A DNA stretch of 64,000 bases from NCBI GenBank assembly GCA_963781885.1, contig CAWAHW010000002.1, positions 832,001-896,000 on the forward strand, read 5' to 3'. Positions 44,453-51,706 of this stretch are shown piece after piece (the first letter of the stretch is position 1; each line of letters starts with the position of its first letter). The notes under the pieces were generated by a model. The model worked only from the letters and a program-made list of their open reading frames with translations, was not told the origin of the DNA and did not search any database. Origin of the DNA: an uncultured Spirochaetota bacterium. GTDB taxonomy: Bacteria > Spirochaetota > Spirochaetia > SZUA-6 > Fen-1364. Made by a program: the position numbers and the translations under genes.

Positions 44453-44992
44453 GTGTCGCGAATTGGACGATTGCCGGTGAAGATACCGAAGGGCGTGAAG
44501 GTCACCATCGGGGACGGGCGCGTGCTGCTCGAGGGCCCGAAGGGAAAGGTGAGCCAGGCGTACAGCGCCGAAGTGGCGGTGAAGGTGGAGGGCGACTCGG
44601 TGCTCGTCACGCGCGCGGATGACACGCGCACGGCAAAGAGCCTCCACGGGCTGTATCGCAACCTGATCAAGAACGCCATCATCGGGCTCTCGACGGGTTT
44701 CTCGAAAACGCTCGTGATCACGGGCGTGGGCTACAAGGCAGAGGTGAAGGGCAAATCGCTCGTGCTCACGCTCGGCTATTCGACGCCCATCGAGTACCCC
44801 GTTCCCGACGGCATCACGATGGAAGTGGAGAACAATACCCGCGTCACGGTGCGGGGATCGGACATCCAGCAGGTCGGGCAGATCTGCTCGGAGATCCGTT
44901 CCTTCCGCTCCGTGGAGCCGTACAAGGGCAAGGGAATCAAGTACGAGAACGAGTACGTGCGCCGCAAGGTCGGCAAGTCGGGGATCAAGTAG
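44453..44992 (+). CDS. rplF: 50S ribosomal protein L6
   Basis: SRIGRLP, GVGYKA, EPYKGKGI. Confidence 0.97.
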   Translation: MSRIGRLPVKIPKGVKVTIGDGRVLLEGPKGKVSQAYSAEVAVKVEGDSVLVTRADDTRTAKSLHGLYRNLIKNAIIGLSTGFSKTLVITGVGYKAEVKGKSLVLTLGYSTPIEYPVPDGITMEVENNTRVTVRGSDIQQVGQICSEIRSFRSVEPYKGKGIKYENEYVRRKVGKSGIK

Positions 44993-45045
44993 ATGGCGCG
45001 CAGGAGCGCGGAAATGTCGTGGGGATACCACGACGGGGGAACGGT

Positions 45046-45405
45046 ATGAAGAAGATCATCGATAAGACGCGCAAGCGGCTGAAGAGAAGGGCGAGCATCC
45101 GCAAGAAGATCAGCGGCACGCCGGAGCGGCCCCGGCTCACCGTCTACAAGTCGAACAGCCACACCTATGTGCAGGCCATCGACGACCTGGCCGGCGCCAC
45201 CCTCGCCGCGGCTTCCAATCTTGAAAAGGAGCACCGCGACATGGGGAACAAGGTGGCGGCGCTGGAGAAGCTTGGGGGTCTGATCGCGGAGCGGCTGAAG
45301 GCAAAGAAAATCACGGCCGTTGTCTTCGACAGGAACGGCTACCGCTATCATGGCAAGGTGAAGGCGATCGCGGACGGCGCCCGGAAGGCCGGCATCAGCC
45401 TGTAA
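45046..45405 (+). CDS. rplR: 50S ribosomal protein L18
   Basis: RPRLTVYKSN, VFDRNGYRYHGKV. Confidence 0.97.
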   Translation: MKKIIDKTRKRLKRRASIRKKISGTPERPRLTVYKSNSHTYVQAIDDLAGATLAAASNLEKEHRDMGNKVAALEKLGGLIAERLKAKKITAVVFDRNGYRYHGKVKAIADGARKAGISL

Positions 45406-45499
45406 GGCGGTCCCGTGCGGGAAATCGCGCGGTGAAGGAATGCGCGGAGATACCGCGCAGGCGTGAAATGCGCGCAAGAGCGCGCAGGGGAGACAGCGA

Positions 45500-46012
45500 G
45501 TGGCAATGGATGACAGGGATCGGGACAGGGGCCAGGGCGAGTTTCTAGAAAAGCTCGTCAAGCTCAATAGAGTCGCCAAGGTCGTCAAGGGCGGGCGGCG
45601 CTTCTCGTTCTCCGCGCTCACGGTGGTCGGCGACCGCGCCGGGCGCGTGGGCTATGGCTTCGGAAAGGCGAACGACGTGTCGGACGCCATCCGCAAGAGC
45701 ATCGAGAAGGCAAAGCGGAGCATGGTCCGGGTTCCCATCAAGAAGAGCACGCTCCCGCACCAGGTCATCGGCAAGTTCAAGAGCGCGCAGGTGCTCCTGA
45801 AGCCGGCGGCACCGGGCACCGGCGTCATCGCCGGCGGACCCGTCCGGGCGGTGATGGAGGCCGCGGGCATCCACGACGTGCTGTCGAAGTCCATCGGCTC
45901 CTCCAATGCAATCAACACCGTCAAGGCGGTGTTCCAGGGCCTGGATTCGCTCATGGATCCGCGGGTCGTGGCCGCCAATCGGGGCCGGACCCTGAAAGAC
46001 ATGTGGGGGTAG
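45500..46012 (+). CDS. rpsE: 30S ribosomal protein S5
   Basis: NRVAKVVKGGRRFSF, PAAPGTGVIAGG. Confidence 0.97.
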   Translation: MAMDDRDRDRGQGEFLEKLVKLNRVAKVVKGGRRFSFSALTVVGDRAGRVGYGFGKANDVSDAIRKSIEKAKRSMVRVPIKKSTLPHQVIGKFKSAQVLLKPAAPGTGVIAGGPVRAVMEAAGIHDVLSKSIGSSNAINTVKAVFQGLDSLMDPRVVAANRGRTLKDMWG

Positions 46013-46015
46013 GCA

Positions 46016-46204
46016 ATGGCGGCCAAGATTCTTCAGATCAAGCTCGTCCGCAGCCCCATCAGCTGCGTGCCGGCTCACCGGGCGACCGTGAAGGCGCTGG
46101 GCCTGCGGAAGCTGAATGCGGTCGTCGAGCACGAGGCGACCCCCTCCATCCTCGGGATGGTGCGCGCTGTTTCGTACCTGCTGGACGTTGAGGAGAAAAA
46201 CTAA
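46016..46204 (+). CDS. rpmD: 50S ribosomal protein L30
   Basis: LVRSPI, ALGLRK, GMV. Confidence 0.93.
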   Translation: MAAKILQIKLVRSPISCVPAHRATVKALGLRKLNAVVEHEATPSILGMVRAVSYLLDVEEKN

Positions 46205-46206
46205 CC

Positions 46207-46758
46207 ATGGAAGGCTTCGATATCCGCGCGCCGAAAGGCCAGAAGAAGAACAAGCGCCTGGGACGGGGTGTCGGATCCGGCCACGGCAAAACCGCGGGAA
46301 AAGGCAACAAGGGTCAGAAGGCCCGCGCGGGCGGTGGCGTGCGGCTGGGATTCGAGGGCGGCCAGATGCCCCTCTTCCGGCGCGTCGCCCGTCGTGGCTT
46401 TTCCAACTACCCGTTCAAGAAGGAGTTCCAGGTCGTCAATATCACCGATCTGAACCGCTTCGCCGACGGGCAGACAGTGACCCCGACCAGTCTCGCGGCC
46501 CTCGGCCTTGCCCACAAGAAGAACGTGCCCGTGAAAATCCTGGGAAACGGAGAGCTCACGAAAAAGCTCCAGGTCGAAGGGGTGCGGGTATCCGCGTCCG
46601 CACGGGAAAAAATCGCCGCCGTCGGCGGCGTGGTCAAGGATCTCCCTGCCATCGCGGGGCGGGAGCCCCGACAGAGCGCGAGGGAAAAGTCCCGCGCGAG
46701 CGGGGGGAAAGGCGCGAAGGCCTCCACGGGGGCGGCTGGCGCTGACGAGGCGAAGTAA
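46207..46758 (+). CDS. rplO: 50S ribosomal protein L15 with a C-terminal extension
   Basis: GRGVGSGHGKT, GFEGGQMP, VKILGNG. Confidence 0.96.
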   Translation: MEGFDIRAPKGQKKNKRLGRGVGSGHGKTAGKGNKGQKARAGGGVRLGFEGGQMPLFRRVARRGFSNYPFKKEFQVVNITDLNRFADGQTVTPTSLAALGLAHKKNVPVKILGNGELTKKLQVEGVRVSASAREKIAAVGGVVKDLPAIAGREPRQSAREKSRASGGKGAKASTGAAGADEAK

Positions 46759-48077
46759 TGGCCAATCCGCTTGTCGATATATTCAGGGTCAAGGAGCTGC
46801 GCGATCGGATCCTCTTCACGATCGGCATACTCGTGATCTACCGCCTGGGCGTGATTCTCCCCGTGCCGGGGATCAACATCGCGGCGGTGAAGCTCTATTT
46901 CGACGCGCAGGGAAGCGCGGGGGCGCTGGGAATCGAGGACTTCCTCGACTTCTTCGCGGGAGGAGCGTTCAAGAACTTTTCCATCTTCTTCCTCTCCATC
47001 ATGCCGTACATCTCGATGTCGATCATCATGCAGCTGATCACGGTCGTCATCCCGAGGCTGAAGAAGATCCAGGAGGAAGAGGGCGGCAAGAAGAAGATCA
47101 ACCGCTGGACGCGCTACGGCACGGTGGTTGTCGCGCTCATCCAGTCCTACACGGTGACCATCTACGCCAACCGCATCCCGGACGCCATCAACATCGGGCG
47201 GCTTCCCTTTGCCATCATCGCGATGCTCACCATCACGACGGGGACGATGTTCCTCATGTGGCTTGGCGACCAGATCACGCGGCGAGGCATCGGCAACGGC
47301 ATCTCCATGATCATCTTCGCCGGCATCGTCGCCCGCATTCCGGGCGCGCTGTGGAATCTCGTGACCCTGATCCAGCAGCGCACGTTGAACCCGGTGTTCG
47401 TGATCCTGGTCCTCGCGTTGTGGGTCGTCGTCATCGGCCTGGTCATCATGGAGCAGCAGGGGCAGCGAAAGATCCCCGTGCATTACGCCAAGCGAGTGGT
47501 CGGGCGCCGCATGTACGGCGCGCAGAATACCTATCTGCCGTTCAAGGTGAACCCATCGGGCGTCATCCCCGTGATCTTCGCCTCCTCGATTCTTCTCTTC
47601 CCGGTGCAGATCGCGCAGAGTCTCGGGTCGCAGATCGCCTGGCTGTCGCGTTTCGCCTCCTGGCTGCGGCCGAACGGCTTCCCCTACGAGGTGGCGTACG
47701 CCCTGCTCATCATCTTCTTCGCATACTTCTACACGCAGGTCACCCTGAACCCGGTGGAAATCTCCAAGCACATCCGGGAGAACGGCGGCTCCATCCCGGG
47801 CATCCGCTCGGAGAAGATGGAGGAGTACCTGTCGCGGATCCTCTACCGGATCATCCTCCCCGGGTCGCTCTTTCTCGCGTTCATCGCGATCATCCCCTCG
47901 GTGGTGCAGGGGTTGTTCAATTTCCCCCAGGCGATCGCCTACCTGATGGGTGGCACCTCGCTCCTCATCCTCGTCGGCGTCGACCTGGACACGATGTCCC
48001 AGATCGAAGGATACCTGCGGATGCACCACCACGACGGTATCGTGAAGCGGGGCAAGATCCGGTCGCGCAACCTCTAG
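46758..48077 (+). CDS. secY: Preprotein translocase SecY
   Basis: IMPYISMSII, GIGNGIS, GVIPVIFA, GGTSLLI. Confidence 0.98.
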   Translation: MANPLVDIFRVKELRDRILFTIGILVIYRLGVILPVPGINIAAVKLYFDAQGSAGALGIEDFLDFFAGGAFKNFSIFFLSIMPYISMSIIMQLITVVIPRLKKIQEEEGGKKKINRWTRYGTVVVALIQSYTVTIYANRIPDAINIGRLPFAIIAMLTITTGTMFLMWLGDQITRRGIGNGISMIIFAGIVARIPGALWNLVTLIQQRTLNPVFVILVLALWVVVIGLVIMEQQGQRKIPVHYAKRVVGRRMYGAQNTYLPFKVNPSGVIPVIFASSILLFPVQIAQSLGSQIAWLSRFASWLRPNGFPYEVAYALLIIFFAYFYTQVTLNPVEISKHIRENGGSIPGIRSEKMEEYLSRILYRIILPGSLFLAFIAIIPSVVQGLFNFPQAIAYLMGGTSLLILVGVDLDTMSQIEGYLRMHHHDGIVKRGKIRSRNL

Positions 48078-48116
48078 GGGAGACTGGATGACGAAGGCTG
48101 AAACGGAGGCCATGAC

Positions 48117-48230
48117 ATGAAGGTGCGCGTGAGCGTGAAACCGATTTGCGACAAGTGCAAGGTGATCCGGCGCCGGGGCGTCGTACGCATCATCTGCAGC
48201 AACCCCAAGCACAAGCAGCGCCAGCGGTAA
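48117..48230 (+). CDS. rpmJ: 50S ribosomal protein L36 (not in the ORF track)
   Basis: [37 protein letters not shown]. Confidence 0.97.
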   Translation: MKVRVSVKPICDKCKVIRRRGVVRIICSNPKHKQRQR

Positions 48231-48303
48231 GAGGGCGACCGCCCGGGCCGCGGCATGCAGCGGCGGCATTGGCGGGCGCCGCTGAAGCACAAAGGAGAGT
48301 TGA

Positions 48304-48672
48304 ATGGCACGTATTGCGGGCGTGGATCTTCCGAACAAGCATGTGAATGTCGCCCTGACCTACATTTTCGGCATCGGGGTGACATCCGCGCGGAAGATCT
48401 GCGCGGCCACGGGCGTCGACCCGGAGAAGCGGACGAACGATCTCACCGCGGATGAAGTGAACAAGCTGCGGACGGTGATCGAGAATGAGTACCGGGTGGA
48501 AGGGCGCCTGCGGACGGAGGTCTCCCTCAACATCAAGCGGCTCATGGACATCGGCTGCTACCGCGGGATCCGCCACCGCCGCGGCCTGCCGGTGAGGGGC
48601 CAGAGGACGAAGACGAACGCGCGCACGCGCAAGGGCAAGCGGAAGACCGTTGCTGGGAAGAGGAAGAAATAG
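48304..48672 (+). CDS. rpsM: 30S ribosomal protein S13
   Basis: [28 protein letters not shown]. Confidence 0.98.
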   Translation: MARIAGVDLPNKHVNVALTYIFGIGVTSARKICAATGVDPEKRTNDLTADEVNKLRTVIENEYRVEGRLRTEVSLNIKRLMDIGCYRGIRHRRGLPVRGQRTKTNARTRKGKRKTVAGKRKK

Positions 48673-48674
48673 TC

Positions 48675-48881
48675 TGTGACTCGCTGCGGAGCAGCGAGGC
48701 GCATTTGGCTGTGACTCGCTGCGAAGCGGCGAGGCGCAATTCTGGGCGGCGACTGGACCTGCCCCACGGCTTGCACGGTATTCCGTGCAGTTTCCGTGGC
48801 ATTTGGGCCAGGCGCATTTGGTGTGACTCGCCCTGCCGCGGTACTCCGAGGCATTTGCGGCGGCGAGGCGCAATTCTGGGC
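48675..48881. repeat. Array of nested palindromic elements between rpsM and rpsK
   Basis: TGTGACTCGC...GCGAGGCGCA at 48675, 48710 and 48822, each followed by TTTGG or ATTCTGG. Confidence 0.88.
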
Positions 48882-48986
48882 TGGGGCTGAGTTTCGAGCC
48901 GGCTGTGATACAGCGCGGGTTTCCGCGCGAGGCAGCCGATCGCGACGAGGCGTCGCCCGCGGGCGCGCCATGGGAGGATATGTACT

Positions 48987-49370
48987 TTGGCAAAGACCAA
49001 GGGGAAGAAGGAAAAAAAGAAGAATATTGCTGAAGGGAAGGCCTTCATCCAGGCGACCTTCAACAATACGATCGTGACCATCACGGATCTCATGGGCAAC
49101 ACGATCTCCTGGGCGTCGGCGGGCGGGCTGGGGTTCAAGGGCGCGAAGAAGTCGACCCCCTTCGCGGCGCAGACCACGGCGGAATCCGCCGGAAGCAAGG
49201 CCCTCGAGCAGGGTCTGCATGAGCTCGTGGTGTTCGTGAAAGGGCCGGGCGTCGGCTCGGAGGCGGCCATCCGCGCCTTCGGAATCCTCGGCATCAGGGT
49301 GCGCTCCATCAAGGACGTGACCCCGATTCCCCATAACGGGTGCCGGCCGCCGAAAAAGCGGCGCGTGTAG
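48987..49370 (+). CDS. rpsK: 30S ribosomal protein S11 (TTG start)
   Basis: [27 protein letters not shown]. Confidence 0.97.
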   Translation: MAKTKGKKEKKKNIAEGKAFIQATFNNTIVTITDLMGNTISWASAGGLGFKGAKKSTPFAAQTTAESAGSKALEQGLHELVVFVKGPGVGSEAAIRAFGILGIRVRSIKDVTPIPHNGCRPPKKRRV

Positions 49371-49381
49371 GGAGGCGAGAC

Positions 49382-50017
49382 GTGGGAAGAAATATCGGCC
49401 CCCAGTGCAGGCTCTGCAGGAGCCAGGGTTACAAGCTCTACCTCAAGGGCGACAGGTGCAAGGGACCCAAGTGCCCGGTCACCCGCAAGAAAGGCGCGCC
49501 CGGCAAGGGCCCGCGCAGCCGCACGAAGAAGATCTCCGACTACGGCGTCCAGCTGCACGAGAAGCAGAAGCTCAAGAGGATGTACGGCATGCTCGAGGGG
49601 CAGTTCCGCCTCTTCTTCGGCAAGGCCGTGCGCCACAAGGGCATCACGGGAGAGAACCTGATCCAGATGCTGGAACGCAGGATCGACAACGTCGTCTACC
49701 GCATGCACCTGGCCCCGTCGCGGAAGTCGGCGCGACAGCTCGTGCTCCATGGGCACATCACGATCAACGGCCGGCGCGCCTCCGTGCCGTCGCAGCTCGT
49801 GCGGGAGAACGACGCCATCGCCGTGCGCGAGGCCAGCACGAAGCTCACCGCCATCAAGGAGAGCCTCAAGGAGTATTCGCGCTCGGGTATCGTTCCCTGG
49901 CTGGAAATCGATCCCGACCGGATGGTGGGCAAGGTTCGCGCGATACCGCGGCGGAGCGAAATCACCGATCTCGCCGACATAAAAGAGCAGCTGATCGTCG
50001 AGCTGTATTCAAAGTGA
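49382..50017 (+). CDS. rpsD: 30S ribosomal protein S4 (Cys-containing type)
   Basis: CRLCR...RC...KC, EKQKLK, LERRIDNVVYR, IVELYSK. Confidence 0.96.
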   Translation: MGRNIGPQCRLCRSQGYKLYLKGDRCKGPKCPVTRKKGAPGKGPRSRTKKISDYGVQLHEKQKLKRMYGMLEGQFRLFFGKAVRHKGITGENLIQMLERRIDNVVYRMHLAPSRKSARQLVLHGHITINGRRASVPSQLVRENDAIAVREASTKLTAIKESLKEYSRSGIVPWLEIDPDRMVGKVRAIPRRSEITDLADIKEQLIVELYSK

Positions 50018-50027
50018 GGTGTCCGGG

Positions 50028-51143
50028 ATGGTCCGCAAGAACCTCTTAAGGGGCTTCAAGAAGCCCAAGGGCATCACATTCGAGCACAGCGAAGTGGAGG
50101 CCAATTACGGCCGCTTCGTTGCGTATCCCTTCGAGAGGGGATACGGGGTCACCATCGGCAACACCCTGCGGAGGATACTCCTGTCCTCCATCCAGGGCTA
50201 CGCCGTCTCGGCGGTGAAGATCACGACCTACAAGGACGATGGCTCGCCGCACATGATCGCAAGCGAATACGAACCCATCCCCGAGGTGGTGGAGGATACG
50301 CCGGACTTCATCAACAACCTCAAGCAGGTGCAGCTGCGCCTCACGGGGGACCTGGAGGAGAAGACGATCGTCGTCGAATCCAAGGGCGCCGGGAAGCTCA
50401 CCGCGAAGAACCTTGCCGTCGACAACGACGTGGAGGTGATCAACGGCGACTTCCACATCGCCACCCTCATGGAGAAGGCGAACATCGAGTTCGAGATCCA
50501 GATCAATCTGGGACGGGGTTACGTGCCGGCGGAGCGCAATGAGAAGTACATCGAGGTGATCGGCACGATCCCCATCGACGCCATCTTCTCGCCCATCCAG
50601 AAGGTGAAGTACAGCGTGGAGAACACGCGCGTCGGCCAGCGCACCGACTACGACAAGCTGATCCTGGAGATCTGGACGGACGGGACGATCACCCCGGACG
50701 ACGCCCTTGCCGAGGCGGCGAAGATCGCCAAGGACCATTTCACGATCTTCATCAATTTCGACGAGGCGGAAGCCGGCGGCGACGATGAGGTGGACGAGGA
50801 CGAGGAACGCATCCGCGCCCTCCTCGACACGCCCGTGGAGGAGCTGGAGCTCTCCGTGCGCTCGAGCAACTGCCTGCGCAACGCGAACATCCGCACCATC
50901 GGGGACCTCACGAAGAAGACGGAAGAAGAGATCACGAAGACGCGCAACTTCGGCAAGAAGAGCCTCCAGGAGATCCGTGACAAGCTGCAGGCGCGCGGAC
51001 TGGACCTCGGCATGAAGGACTACACCGCGCTGAAGAAGCAGCTGAAGAAGCAGCTCACCGGGGAGGCGGGGACGGTCGTTGCGGGCGCCGCGGTGGTGAG
51101 CGCCGGGGACGACGACGAAGGGAAGGACGAGAATGGATCATAG
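50028..51143 (+). CDS. rpoA: RNA polymerase alpha subunit
   Basis: PFERGYGVTIGNTLRR, DAIFSP, LSVRSSNCL, NFGKKSL. Confidence 0.98.
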   Translation: MVRKNLLRGFKKPKGITFEHSEVEANYGRFVAYPFERGYGVTIGNTLRRILLSSIQGYAVSAVKITTYKDDGSPHMIASEYEPIPEVVEDTPDFINNLKQVQLRLTGDLEEKTIVVESKGAGKLTAKNLAVDNDVEVINGDFHIATLMEKANIEFEIQINLGRGYVPAERNEKYIEVIGTIPIDAIFSPIQKVKYSVENTRVGQRTDYDKLILEIWTDGTITPDDALAEAAKIAKDHFTIFINFDEAEAGGDDEVDEDEERIRALLDTPVEELELSVRSSNCLRNANIRTIGDLTKKTEEEITKTRNFGKKSLQEIRDKLQARGLDLGMKDYTALKKQLKKQLTGEAGTVVAGAAVVSAGDDDEGKDENGS

Positions 51144-51546
51144 AAGCAGCATCAACAAGCTGAGTCGCACGCACGCCCACCGCAAGGCGCTTCTCCGGTC
51201 GCAGGCAAAGGCGCTGTTCCGCTACGAAAGGATCCGCACGACGATCGCCAAGGCGAAGGCGTCGCGCCGGCTCGCGGAGAAGCTCATCACGCGCGCGAAG
51301 GTCGATTCGGTCCACAATCGCCGCATCGTTGCGCGTTCCATCGACGACGGCCGGCTCTTGGACAAGCTGTTCACCGATATCGCACCGCGCTACGCGCAGA
51401 GACCGGGCGGATATACGCGGATATTGAAAATGGGACGCAGATTCGGCGACGCCTCTGAAATGGTGATCCTGGAGCTTCTGGACAGGAAAGAGCGCGAGCG
51501 GAAGCGCAAGAAGAAGGAAGCACAGGAAGCGGCGAAGGAAGGCTGA
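51133..51546 (+). CDS. rplQ: 50S ribosomal protein L17
   Basis: RIRTTIAKAK, RPGGYTRILK. Confidence 0.96.
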   Translation: MDHRSSINKLSRTHAHRKALLRSQAKALFRYERIRTTIAKAKASRRLAEKLITRAKVDSVHNRRIVARSIDDGRLLDKLFTDIAPRYAQRPGGYTRILKMGRRFGDASEMVILELLDRKERERKRKKKEAQEAAKEG

Positions 51547-51562
51547 AAAAAGCCTGGAACCG

Positions 51563-51592
51563 TTGTCATATTGCGCCGCGCAGGGTTAGAAT
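51563..51592 (+). promoter_or_regulatory. Promoter overlapping the post-rplQ terminator
   Basis: TTGTCA-18 nt-TAGAAT. Confidence 0.5.
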
Positions 51593-51617
51593 ATGGCCCG
51601 GCGCGGCGCTTGTTTTT
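51573..51617 (+). terminator. Intrinsic terminator at the end of the alpha operon
   Basis: GCGCCGCGC...GCGCGGCGC followed by TTGTTTTT. Confidence 0.65.
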
Positions 51618-51706
51618 AATGACACGAAAGCATCCATGACGGGGTGGTCTTCTACGGCGAATGGGCGTTTTCGCCGATACTCAAGGAGAAGGTATATCGT
51701 TTTCCC

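Noticed and set aside
48078-48116. Absence of adk, map and intact infA as a novelty
   Set aside because: secY followed directly by rpmJ is a known arrangement in several spirochaetes
48675-48881. CRISPR array
   Set aside because: Units are palindromic arms enclosing variable nested hairpins with irregular spacing; no constant repeat-spacer period and no cas genes in the window
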